Of a stretch of DNA of 64,000 nt, positions 53,439 through 62,276 are shown piece by piece. The notes below the pieces were generated by a model. It ran no database searches and was not told the origin of the DNA. It saw only the letters and a list, made by a program, of their open reading frames with translations. Made by a program: the position numbers and the translations under genes. Source of the DNA: Dehalococcoidia bacterium. GTDB lineage: Bacteria; Chloroflexota; Dehalococcoidia; GIF9; AB-539-J10. The stretch covers positions 185,918 through 249,917 of the forward strand of contig JAUWYX010000002.1 of the NCBI GenBank assembly GCA_030615625.1, written 5' to 3'. How positions within the stretch are numbered: the first letter of the stretch is position 1; every line of letters starts with the position of its first letter.

Positions 53439-54341
53439 TCATTCATAATCACAGGATCGCCTTTTCTTAATTGCATTACGCGGAAGAGGCGGTGACAAGG
53501 CATACTCTACGGAATCACAGACCGGTTTGAATCCAATCTTTAGATATATAGAATTAGATGTAGGGTTGTTTAAATCTGTATAGAGCGTGCAGAAGTCGTA
53601 ACCACTTTTCAGTATATCCCGGCAGACACCGGCTACGCAGGCTGTAGCATAACCATTTCGGCGGAGTTCCGGTGGTGTATAAACAAGGGTAATTGACATA
53701 CCATGTTCAGTCGGGCGATCTTTCATCACCATAGAGACAGGTTCTTCCGAGTATTCCCACAGATAAATTAGACACTTTCCAATAAATGGAGTAACGTCGC
53801 GTTCGGGTATATTCTGGTTTATTGGACTTCCCACTTCCAACATAAAAGAACGGGTCCATGCAGATGCCAAATCTTTATCTGCCAACGTTGCCAGTCGCAT
53901 ATGACCGGGTATGGAAGAAATGTTATTTACAGAATCAAGACGGTAGATACGCTGTGCCATTGTTGATTTTATAGAGGTTCCAAAATTCTTACACCATCTA
54001 TCCGCAAAGGGGTCTGTTACTTCTCTATGCCCGGCAACCCCCGGTATTTCTGCCCAGCGGCTGTGGACGGCTGCAATCAACGGTAAAACAGCTTTTTCCG
54101 GGTCACCGGCATGCCAAGCCAGACCGACTGGATATGGCGGAGTCCTCCAGGTGAGTGCACTGATACCGTTATTGTCATTCACCGTACAGAACAACGGATC
54201 TTCTTCTCCGTAGTGGTGTGGATTAGCATCCACTAACCGGGCAATACCATAAATGAGACCGTAACGAGCTTCGTCAGAACGAAGCAGGTCACCGGTTTTC
54301 CTAAGGAAATCCGCAGCATCTGAGCAAATTTTAACTTCCAT
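53439..54341 (-). CDS. GNAT-family N-acetyltransferase (two-domain, 300 aa)
   Basis: The C-terminal block LVYTPPELRRNGYATACVAGVCRDIL...TLYTDLNNPTSNSIYLKIGF is the acetyl-CoA binding core. Confidence 0.7.
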   Translation of the reverse strand: MEVKICSDAADFLRKTGDLLRSDEARYGLIYGIARLVDANPHHYGEEDPLFCTVNDNNGISALTWRTPPYPVGLAWHAGDPEKAVLPLIAAVHSRWAEIPGVAGHREVTDPFADRWCKNFGTSIKSTMAQRIYRLDSVNNISSIPGHMRLATLADKDLASAWTRSFMLEVGSPINQNIPERDVTPFIGKCLIYLWEYSEEPVSMVMKDRPTEHGMSITLVYTPPELRRNGYATACVAGVCRDILKSGYDFCTLYTDLNNPTSNSIYLKIGFKPVCDSVEYALSPPLPRNAIKKRRSCDYE

Positions 54342-54432
54342 GCACCCAAATTATAGTATAGCAGGTCAATATAGAACACTTTACACTGATAGCTAATGTG
54401 GAGAATATAATCCATGGTGGAAGAAGGCGAGC

Positions 54433-54569
54433 AGCCTCTATCAATTCGAGCGCTGCGGCATAATCCACCGGGCTGCCACCATAGGAGCTGGTGAGCGTTA
54501 TCTCGTTACGCCAGAACCAGTCCTTCACCGATATAGGAAGGCTAACGCCCGGCTCTGTGGGAGCAAAGA
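54433..54569 (-). pseudogene. Internal fragment copy of the alcohol dehydrogenase gene
   Basis: 54433-54569 aligns with 55272-55408 (FWRNEITLTSSYGGSP.DYAAALELI). The listed ORF 54331..54528 is this fragment. Confidence 0.8.
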
Positions 54570-54580
54570 CTGACGCCTTA

Positions 54581-54904
54581 TTAGCTCCACTCTACTGTGG
54601 GCATTGTCCTGTATGCTGTTATTCTGGGCGTCCCCGTCACAGATGTTCTGGCTCGCCGAAGCAATGCTAGTGTTCCCTTCGACCCCACCCATGTCCTCCA
54701 GTTTTCCATCGTCTCCCACGTGCTTATCATTACGCCGACAGACTCATCCCCCTCGCTGACGAGAAACTCAGCGGTAATGAAGCCCGGATGTTGCATGGCA
54801 CACGACCTGAGCTGCGTCAATATGGGTTCTACGTTCTTATAATCCAACACCTTGTATCCTATGATACCTTTTATCATGCCGTTTTTTTTCACTATCGCTT
54901 GCAT
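54581..54904 (-). CDS. Antibiotic-biosynthesis-monooxygenase (ABM/Dabb) domain protein
   Basis: 107 aa with the ferredoxin-like pattern GFITAEFLVSEGDESVGVMISTWETMENWRTW. Confidence 0.55.
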   Translation of the reverse strand: MQAIVKKNGMIKGIIGYKVLDYKNVEPILTQLRSCAMQHPGFITAEFLVSEGDESVGVMISTWETMENWRTWVGSKGTLALLRRARTSVTGTPRITAYRTMPTVEWS

Positions 54905-55100
54905 TTTCCTTCCCTTTCATGCTTCAGGCTATCTCAATGTGTCCATATACCCTGCCGACATGCAGCCTCTCGAAAGCCTCGGCATCATGACCAATAGCTC
55001 TCTGAACCAACATAGCCTCATCTGATGTTTGTCCTTCAAAACGGTTCTGGTTCACCCAATCGCCTTCTTTAACAAATAAGCCGCTGAAATGTTACAGAAA

Positions 55101-55148
55101 GCCATATTGTTACCTGATATTCTCGCCTGCTTAGAAAGCAGCCGCTAT
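55101..55148 (-). repeat. R2 repeat copy 4, abutting the stop codon of the alcohol dehydrogenase gene
   Basis: GCCATATTGTTACCTGATATTCTCGCCTGCTTAGAAAGCAGCCGCTAT. Only the anticodon-arm piece is kept (loop TTTCTAA on the minus strand). Confidence 0.8.
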
Positions 55149-56177
55149 CTACCTCTGGGGCTCGATAATCACTTTTAGAGAGTCCTGAGCCTGGGCCACA
55201 AGCTGAAATCCCAGGCCTGTTTCCGCCAGCCCCAGCCGGTGGGTAATCATCTCCCGCACACGTTTTTTGCCAGCCTGTATCAGTTCCAGTGCCGCGGCAT
55301 AATCCCCGGGGCTGCCACCATAGGAGCTGGTAAGCGTTATCTCATTGCGCCAGAACAGGTCGTTCACTGATATCGGAATGCTAACGCCCGGCTCTGTGGG
55401 GGCAAAGAAGAGAACAGTGCCTCCCCGCTCCACCGACTCCAATACCTGAGCTATAGCTGATGTCGCCCCGCTGCATATCACGACAAGGTCAGCGAGACGA
55501 CCATCGGCTACCTGACGTAGATAAGTTGGGGTATATTCCTTAGCGTGAATGGCAATATCGGCTCCAAATTTTCGCGCTGCCTCCAGGCGATAATCAACGA
55601 TGTCCGTCGCTATAATGTAACTGGCACCTGAAGTCCGAGCTAGTTGTATATGGAGCAGCCCGGCAACGCCGCTGCCGACAACGAGCACACTTTGCCCTGA
55701 CTGTAGATGAGCTAATCTTTGCCCGCGCAGGACGCAAGCCAGCGGCTCAATAAAGGTCGCTTCCTCAAAAGATACTTCGTCAGGCAAGGGAAATATGCCC
55801 TGGTCGACATTGATGCTTGGCAGCCGCACATATTCAGCAAAGCCACCGGGGTCGAAATTCGTCTGGCGCAGGGTATCGCAAACGGTGTGGTGTCCACCAA
55901 GACAATAGTGGCACGTGTTGCAGGGGACATGATGAGCGGCACAAATCCGATCACCCACTTTACAATGTTCCACCCCCTTCCCGACAGCAACAACCACGCC
56001 GGCAACTTCATGACCCAGGACTAAAGGTGCTTTGTGCAGGCGATACCATTCCAGCAAATCGGTGCCACAGATGCCGCTGGCCTCCACCCGCATCAGTACC
56101 TCGCCGGGGCCAATCTGCGGCGTGGGCATCTCCTCCAGCCGCACATCCTGGTTACTGTAATACATAGCTACACGCAT
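55149..56177 (-). CDS. Zinc-dependent medium-chain alcohol/threonine/sorbitol dehydrogenase
   Basis: GHEVAGVV, the structural zinc Cys cluster CNTCHYCLGGHHTVC, and Rossmann motif VVGSGVAGL. Confidence 0.85.
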   Translation of the reverse strand: MRVAMYYSNQDVRLEEMPTPQIGPGEVLMRVEASGICGTDLLEWYRLHKAPLVLGHEVAGVVVAVGKGVEHCKVGDRICAAHHVPCNTCHYCLGGHHTVCDTLRQTNFDPGGFAEYVRLPSINVDQGIFPLPDEVSFEEATFIEPLACVLRGQRLAHLQSGQSVLVVGSGVAGLLHIQLARTSGASYIIATDIVDYRLEAARKFGADIAIHAKEYTPTYLRQVADGRLADLVVICSGATSAIAQVLESVERGGTVLFFAPTEPGVSIPISVNDLFWRNEITLTSSYGGSPGDYAAALELIQAGKKRVREMITHRLGLAETGLGFQLVAQAQDSLKVIIEPQR

Positions 56178-56311
56178 GACAGTTTCCCCTTAGCAGCTTA
56201 CCTTTTTCAACTCCACATGATTCGCCCGGGCTCTGCGAAGTGCGAAGCCCCTGTTAGACGATGTAGCGGCACCGCATGTACCGAACCTGCGAATCACTTA
56301 CTTTGCTGCTT

Positions 56312-56620
56312 CTATGGCATTGTCATGTAGAATTCGACTTCCATACCCTCAATGACCTTCTCAAACTTCGGCATGAGCGCCTGCATCTCTGGATCAGCTC
56401 CCATCTTCTGGGGGTGGGCTTCAAATGCAGCGAGGCTATCGAACTCACCCTCGGAAATGATGGTATTCATGGTATCGCCTCCACCACTAAGGGGGCGGTA
56501 GCACCTCCCAGATATCCCTAATACACGATTCGCGATAGCCATGTGCTTTTTTTCAAGTTCCACCACCTCTGCCATTTTGCCAGGGACAGCTTTCATAATG
56601 GTTCGCACCATTACTTTCAT
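56312..56620 (-). CDS. Small hypothetical alpha/beta protein (about 102 aa)
   Basis: Start trimmed to MKVMVRTIMK (ATG 56620) after AAAGGAGGG. No family was recognised confidently. Confidence 0.5.
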   Translation of the reverse strand: MKVMVRTIMKAVPGKMAEVVELEKKHMAIANRVLGISGRCYRPLSGGGDTMNTIISEGEFDSLAAFEAHPQKMGADPEMQALMPKFEKVIEGMEVEFYMTMP

Positions 56621-56726
56621 TGTACCCTCCTTTTTATTAGCTTTATTGGACTGTTGAAGTAGAACGAACCAACCTCCCACCATTTGCAGCGAAGAAGCTG
56701 GCTTTAGTTTACCATGGGCATCATCA

Positions 56727-57521
56727 TTATCCCTTCCCGCTCTTTACGCTATCGTATAGTTCCTGGGCCTGCTCAGGAGTAGCGTTCTCATGGATAATGG
56801 CGCGTAGGGCTCTTATCATGGCCACGGGGTGCTCATTTTGCCAGATGTTTCTTCCCAGATTCACACCTATGGCACCTTTCTGGATGCCATCATAAACAAA
56901 TTGAAGTACTTCGTATCCTGTAGGTACTTTGGGCCCACCAGCAATGACTATTGGAACGGGGCAACCCCTTGTAACCCTCTCGAATTTTTCACAGTAATAG
57001 GTCTTTACCACTCGAGCACCCAGCTCAGCAGCAATACGGCTGGACAGAGCAAGATAGCGGGCGTCACGCTTCTCCAGTTCTCTGCCCACAGCGGTAACCG
57101 CCATCACCGGTATGCCATACCTTTCCCCTTCATCAACAAGCCTGGCCAGATTCAGCAAGGAATCGTGCTCATAATCAGTCCCGACGAAGATGGAGATGCC
57201 CACGGCACACGCATTGAGCCGGATGGCTTCCTCCATAGAGGTAGTTATCCCCTCGTGAGCCAGGTCTTTTCCCTCTATGCTGGTGCCGCCAGATACTCTA
57301 AGGATAATCGGTTTCGACTTGCCAGGGTCTACCGATGACCTTAAAACTCCCCTGGTAATGAAAATCGCATCGGTGTAAGGGAGAAGAGGTTCGAGAGTTT
57401 TACGCGGGTTCTCCAATTTTTTGACAGGACCTTGAAAATACCCGTGGTCCACGGGCAGGAACAAACAGCGACCATCCGCTTGAATTAATCGTGCCAAACG
57501 GTTTTGCATCCCCCAATCCAT
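56727..57521 (-). CDS. Class I aldolase, DhnA/FbaB (COG1830) family (fructose-bisphosphate aldolase or ADH synthase-like)
   Basis: LFLPVDHGYFQGP, ARVVKTYY (Schiff-base lysine region) and GAIGVNLGRNIWQ. Confidence 0.75.
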   Translation of the reverse strand: MDWGMQNRLARLIQADGRCLFLPVDHGYFQGPVKKLENPRKTLEPLLPYTDAIFITRGVLRSSVDPGKSKPIILRVSGGTSIEGKDLAHEGITTSMEEAIRLNACAVGISIFVGTDYEHDSLLNLARLVDEGERYGIPVMAVTAVGRELEKRDARYLALSSRIAAELGARVVKTYYCEKFERVTRGCPVPIVIAGGPKVPTGYEVLQFVYDGIQKGAIGVNLGRNIWQNEHPVAMIRALRAIIHENATPEQAQELYDSVKSGKG

Positions 57522-57605
57522 AATAACAAGCCTCCTCTCTATAAGACTTTAGAATTATTATACCACAGGAACGCAGCAAACCGTTTCCCTGGACAACCCA
57601 CAAAG

Positions 57606-57634
57606 TTGCATATTCTTCCTAGAATGGCTATACT
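57606..57634 (+). promoter_or_regulatory. Dedicated promoter of the 5S rRNA gene
   Basis: TTGCAT (57606-57611), 17-nt spacer, TATACT (57629-57634). The predicted start lies at the base of the 5S precursor stem. Confidence 0.55.
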
Positions 57635-57645
57635 TAATTAGAGAG

Positions 57646-57768
57646 CTTTTTGGTAACTCTAGCGGAGTGGAACCACCCGTTCCCATCCCGAACACGGAAG
57701 TGAAACTCTCCAGCGCAGACGATACTTGAGGGGCAACCTTCCGGGAAAATATGTCGTTGCCAGGAAGC
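57646..57768 (+). rRNA. rrf: 5S ribosomal RNA (stand-alone)
   Basis: The CCACCCGTTCCCATCCCGAACACGGAAGTGAAAC loop B/C signature. Helix I pairs CTTTTTGGTAAC with GTTGCCAGGAAG. The flanking GAGAGC/GCTCTC extension is followed by ATTTTT. Confidence 0.9.
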
Positions 57769-57864
57769 TCTCATTTTTGCTGCTGAAGTCAATCTTTCTA
57801 CCATTAGATGTCATCGTTCCTAGAGCATCAAGTGTGTTATCATTTATAAAAGGGGGGTGAAGAA

Positions 57865-58785
57865 ATGAATGCAGTACAAACCTTTAAGCTCACCAGGGAG
57901 TTTGATAGCCTGGTAGCGGTAAACGGCATTGATTTAGAGATAAAGAAGGGCGAGCTTTTCTCCCTCCTCGGCCCTAACGGGGCAGGGAAGACTACCACCA
58001 TCAGGATGCTATGTTGCCTCTTAAAGCCAACCAAGGGGACTGCTTCCATATTGGGCTATGACGTAATTAAAACACCATTTGCGGTTAAAAGGCTCATTGG
58101 GGTATCGCCACAAGATACCATTCTCTCTGAGCGCCTTAACTGCTGGGAGAACCTGGCTCTGATTGGCAAGGTCCATGGCCTGAGCTCTAAGGAAGTAAAA
58201 AGGCGGTCGAAGGAACTACTGGAGACGATGGGGCTTATGGAAAGGTCTAAAGACCAAGTGCGGAAGTTTTCCGGAGGGATGAAACGCAGGCTCAACATAG
58301 CCATGGCTCTTGTTTCTGACCCCCAGGTACTATTTCTGGATGAACCCACCTTAGGCCTTGACCCCCAGGCAAGAAGAGCCATCTGGGAATATATAGCTGA
58401 GCTTAAGGGAAAGAAGACCATTCTTCTCACTACCCATTATATGGAGGAGGCGGATTTCCTCTCTGACCGAATAGGGATTATTGACGAAGGAAGGGTTGTA
58501 GCTCTGGGTACGTCTCAAGAGCTAAAGACAAATCTCTTTGAGATGCACAGCATGGTCGTCTCAACAGAAAACCTCACCGCTGAGGTCATAGCGGATTTGC
58601 TAAGCAAATACTCCAGGCTGGAGAAGGTCAAGGGGAGGCTTAAGATTTACCACAAGGACTTAAACTTCAAAGAGATCGTGGACTATCTCCATTCTCGAGG
58701 AGTTACCGTTTATTCTGCTGCCTTAGAGCAGCCAACCCTGGAGGACGTCTTTATCCAGATAACGGGAAAGAAGCTTAGAGACTAG
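57865..58785 (+). CDS. ABC-2 type transporter ATP-binding protein (DrrA-like)
   Basis: Walker A GPNGAGKTT, signature FSGGMKRRL, Walker B LFLDEPT. Confidence 0.9.
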   Translation: MNAVQTFKLTREFDSLVAVNGIDLEIKKGELFSLLGPNGAGKTTTIRMLCCLLKPTKGTASILGYDVIKTPFAVKRLIGVSPQDTILSERLNCWENLALIGKVHGLSSKEVKRRSKELLETMGLMERSKDQVRKFSGGMKRRLNIAMALVSDPQVLFLDEPTLGLDPQARRAIWEYIAELKGKKTILLTTHYMEEADFLSDRIGIIDEGRVVALGTSQELKTNLFEMHSMVVSTENLTAEVIADLLSKYSRLEKVKGRLKIYHKDLNFKEIVDYLHSRGVTVYSAALEQPTLEDVFIQITGKKLRD

Positions 58786-58801
58786 AAGGGAGGTGAAGGA
58801 A

Positions 58802-59881
58802 ATGAAGTTCTGGGAAATTGGCAAAAGAAATCTGAAGGAGATTTATAGAAATCCTGTACTTCTAGGCTTTCTTCTGGGAATGCCCCTTGCCTTTATGCTG
58901 GTATTTTGCGCCGCCGCTGGCGGGGGACAGGCCAGCCCTATTGCGCTGGGCATAGTGGATGAAGACCGCTCCCAAGATTCCTCTGCTTTTATACAAAATC
59001 TGGGAGGCATAGAGGCTATTGAGCTGAATGAGCCGATATACAGTGAAAAATCTCAGGCCCAAGAGGACCTGGAGGACGGCAGAATATCATTATATTTATT
59101 AATTCCCTCAGGATTCGAGGAGGCAACGCGAGCCCAACAAGCTATCAACTTAGAGTTATTCTACAAGGAAGCAGACCCGATGATAGGCCTACAATTAAAA
59201 CTTATAATAGAGGCTGTCGGCTCTGAATTCCTGGGAGTGGCTCCCCCTTTAAATGTTGAGCTAAAAGGGACGGAAAGCAAAATAAAGAATTTGGCTGTCA
59301 ATTTCTACTTTCCCGGGATAGCTGTCTTCGGGCTCATGATTTTAATTTCCACAGCGGCGGAGATAATTGCCGGTGATAGAGAGAAGGGCTTTCTGGCTCG
59401 AATGTTCACTACCCCGGCAAGACCCTGGGATTTCATTCTGGCTTATTCCTTGCCTTTTATCCCGGTGCTCATTGTCTCCACGCTGATTTATCTTGGTGTG
59501 GGTATGGCGCTGGGCTTGACCGTTGTCGGCAATCTGGGGTATGCCTTTCTTATTTTCTTTCTTATCGGGCTTTGCTCTATCGGGATAGGCATGATAGTGG
59601 GCAGCCTGGTCAAAAGCGAGTCTCAAGCGGGTGTTTCCTGGATCTTCATCGTTCCCATGGCCATGATCTCCGGGGCCTGGTTCTCAGTGGAGCGTATGCC
59701 CTCGGCTATTAAAAGCGTCGCTGGAGTCCTTCCCTTCATCCATGCCATAGACGCCTCCCGGGCTGTTCTCAACGGCTCCTCTTTCTCAGCTATCATACTC
59801 GATCTTTACTGGCTTGCTGGCTGGACAGTTGTCCTCTTCGTGACTGGGATTATATTATTCAGAAGGACGATGGTGAGTTAG
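58802..59881 (+). CDS. ABC-2 type transporter permease
   Basis: The ATG at 58802 lies 9 nt after GGGAGG. It has an N-terminal TM helix, a large loop and 5 C-terminal TM segments. Confidence 0.8.
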   Translation: MKFWEIGKRNLKEIYRNPVLLGFLLGMPLAFMLVFCAAAGGGQASPIALGIVDEDRSQDSSAFIQNLGGIEAIELNEPIYSEKSQAQEDLEDGRISLYLLIPSGFEEATRAQQAINLELFYKEADPMIGLQLKLIIEAVGSEFLGVAPPLNVELKGTESKIKNLAVNFYFPGIAVFGLMILISTAAEIIAGDREKGFLARMFTTPARPWDFILAYSLPFIPVLIVSTLIYLGVGMALGLTVVGNLGYAFLIFFLIGLCSIGIGMIVGSLVKSESQAGVSWIFIVPMAMISGAWFSVERMPSAIKSVAGVLPFIHAIDASRAVLNGSSFSAIILDLYWLAGWTVVLFVTGIILFRRTMVS

Positions 59882-60018
59882 AACTTACTATGGTAGAGCT
59901 TGTATCCTATCATCTCTCTAACTCCACCCACGAAAATCTTGCGATTTTCGTGGGAACCCGGTTAGGCTTAAAATCAATTCTGTCGGGGTCCACAAAAAGT
60001 CCGCAAGACTTTTTGGGG

Positions 60019-60792
60019 TCAACCTAATTGTGCCAGGTCGAACTTCAGGCCATCTCTGGCGGCAATGACTGAGACTCCGGTTTCCTCAGTCAATTTCTCA
60101 GCCAACTCCCAGGGTTTAGCCCGCCACATGGTCATGCCAAAATGAGTAAGTATGGCTATCCTGGGCCTTAGTTTATAAATTATGCTCTTAGCCTCAGGAA
60201 GAGCTAGATGGTCAATGGGAGCTCCGGGGTTCAATCGGACCACGTTGATAACCAGCAAATCACCTTCATAGTGACTAGCTAAATCATCAAAATATCTGGT
60301 ATCAATAATCCAGGAGAAAGTATGCCGTGGCGTTTGGAAGATAAAGCCATATGTTTCTACGGGATGTTTGTGCCTGATTGGGGTCTTAAAGGAAACGTCG
60401 TTAATTACATAGGACCCTCCTTCAGTTAAGAGCTGGATACTCTGGGGATAAGACTGCAAATAAGAGAAGATAACAGGGTCTTGAGTTAAGGCATCGGCGG
60501 GAACAAAGACCGTGCCGCGCTTCTTTGTACCTCCGTCGGTCATAGCTTCAATCATAATGTTAATATCCCCACTGTGGTCTAAATGTTTATGAGATAAGAC
60601 AATAGCTGCGAGTTTCGTAGGGTCTAGTTTTCTCCTGGCAGCCTGCACCAAGGAACCAGGACCGGGGTCAAGGAGTATTTGAGTATTGCCAAGACTGAGC
60701 CAAGCGCCTCCCGAAGCGAGAAATTGGTGAGCCACTACAAACCTGGCACCGGCAGTACCCAGAAAGGTTATTACGTCGCTCAATTCAGCCAT
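60019..60792 (-). CDS. MBL-fold metallo-hydrolase
   Basis: The SHKHLDHSGD (HxHxDH) motif. Confidence 0.8.
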   Translation of the reverse strand: MAELSDVITFLGTAGARFVVAHQFLASGGAWLSLGNTQILLDPGPGSLVQAARRKLDPTKLAAIVLSHKHLDHSGDINIMIEAMTDGGTKKRGTVFVPADALTQDPVIFSYLQSYPQSIQLLTEGGSYVINDVSFKTPIRHKHPVETYGFIFQTPRHTFSWIIDTRYFDDLASHYEGDLLVINVVRLNPGAPIDHLALPEAKSIIYKLRPRIAILTHFGMTMWRAKPWELAEKLTEETGVSVIAARDGLKFDLAQLG

Positions 60793-60833
60793 CGCTGAAT
60801 TATAGCAGGGAGATCTGCTAAAATTAACGAATA

Positions 60834-61343
60834 ATGGCAGAACTGGAAGCAGAAATTGCCCGGCTAATAAGGGAATACCAAGCCAAAACAGGAAAATCCT
60901 TGACCATCGGCGCTGTCGAGTCAGCTACTGGTGGCAGGATAGCTGATAGGATAACTAATGTCCCCGGTAGCTCTGATTACTTCAAGGGCTCTGTAGTAGC
61001 TTACAGCAACGAAGTAAAGACTGCCTTGCTTGGGGTAAGAAAGGCGACCATCGAAAATTATGGAGCCGTGAGCGAGCAAACAGCTCTGGAGATGGCTCAA
61101 GGTGGCAGGAAGCTCTTGAATGTGGACATATGCGTCTCTGATACTGGGGTTGCCGGTCCCTCAGGCGCTACTCCCGAAAAACCACTGGGTTTGTTTTACC
61201 TTGGCCTGGCAACCAAAGATGAAAGCTTGAGTCAGAAACATGCCTTTCCAGGAAATCGCGAGGAAAACAAGCGAGATGTTGCTGAAGCCGCGCTAAACAT
61301 GCTGAAGCAATACTTGTTGCAGTGCTTCAGCAGTCAGAATTAG
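60834..61343 (+). CDS. CinA C-terminal domain / nicotinamide-nucleotide amidohydrolase PncC-like
   Basis: AVESATGGRIADRIT, GSSDYFKGSVVAYSNEVK and TGVAGPSG. Confidence 0.8.
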   Translation: MAELEAEIARLIREYQAKTGKSLTIGAVESATGGRIADRITNVPGSSDYFKGSVVAYSNEVKTALLGVRKATIENYGAVSEQTALEMAQGGRKLLNVDICVSDTGVAGPSGATPEKPLGLFYLGLATKDESLSQKHAFPGNREENKRDVAEAALNMLKQYLLQCFSSQN

Positions 61344-61428
61344 CTCTTTGAAATGCATTAATGCCAAGCTGGAAACATAGTCAAAGACTGAAGACAAGGA
61401 GATCAAGAGTGAAAGGAGGTTAAGGACA

Positions 61429-61704
61429 ATGACAACCGAGAAGTTCACTGTAGATGGAAGTCAAGTGGTCGAGAAGATCAAGGAGCTAATACATCAAGGA
61501 AATATCAGGAGAGTTCGTTTAATACATAAGGGGCGTCCCCTGATAGACATCCCACTGACAGTAGGCGTTTCCGTAGCTGCGGTAACGGCCCTGGCAGCTC
61601 CAGTACTGGCTGCGCTCGGAGCAATTGCCGCACTGGTCACAGAATGCACTATCGAGGTGGAAAGGGTAGAAAATACCCCAGAAGAGAAGGAGGAAAAGCA
61701 ATAG
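61429..61704 (+). CDS. DUF4342-like small protein
   Basis: FTVDGSQVVEKIKELIHQGNIRRVRLIHKGRPLIDIPLTVG, followed by a hydrophobic segment. Confidence 0.6.
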   Translation: MTTEKFTVDGSQVVEKIKELIHQGNIRRVRLIHKGRPLIDIPLTVGVSVAAVTALAAPVLAALGAIAALVTECTIEVERVENTPEEKEEKQ

Positions 61705-61800
61705 AAAGCCAGCTACTCTCTACGCAATGGTTCGGGTACTGAAAGCGCTGGCGACCTGAACGCTCTGCATTCCACCCAGGGCTATAAGGACAAGAAGTAG

Positions 61801-62052
61801 GTGCCAAAAATGAAAAACGAGGAAATAAGGGTTAGGGACAGAATGCGAATGCGGGGACTGAAGAACAAAGGTCTTATAGAAATTTCCCAGGACACCAAGA
61901 CAGATGATTTTGTTCTGGTCATGAGCAAGGGGACTCATAGGAAATGGTTGCTCTTCAACTTTCCGGATGGAATGTGGAGAGCCAGCTGCCCAAAGGAACA
62001 AGTCTTCGATGTAGTGAAGGATTTCTTGACTGAGAGAATTCTGAAGGATTAG
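61801..62052 (+). CDS. Hypothetical protein
   Basis: 83-aa ORF with no recognised motif. The start is uncertain. Confidence 0.35.
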   Translation: MPKMKNEEIRVRDRMRMRGLKNKGLIEISQDTKTDDFVLVMSKGTHRKWLLFNFPDGMWRASCPKEQVFDVVKDFLTERILKD

Positions 62053-62276
62053 AGTCCATCCCTCGAAACAGGGCGAAGGGCTAATCCTTTTCCAAACTAA
62101 GAGAGGAAGGACGTAATGTAGATGATACCCCTGGCATTGAATGGTGATATGTGAACCTCCAGCCTAATCCTTTGTTTCATTTTCCTCTTCAATGAGAGTC
62201 GTGAGGTCACGCGGCAGAGGACGATGGCGGGTCGGCCTTCGTCGAAGAAAGCCATAGAAGCTCGACAAGTTAGCCG

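Larger units (their letters stand above)
42829..55148. mobile_element. Accessory genomic island made of short gene modules separated by tRNA-3'-end-like scars (no integrase in the window)
   Basis: The composition is visibly more AT-rich. The island is bounded by duplicated 3' ends of the NTPase and alcohol dehydrogenase genes. It contains five X repeats and four R2 repeats, and its cargo is enriched in defence/toxin-like genes. Confidence 0.55.

Noticed and set aside
54331-54528. A 65-aa ORF that looked like a small dehydrogenase-related gene.
   Set aside because: It is the translated internal fragment copy of the alcohol dehydrogenase gene (54433-54569 versus 55272-55408). It has no start context, so I annotated it as a pseudogene fragment.
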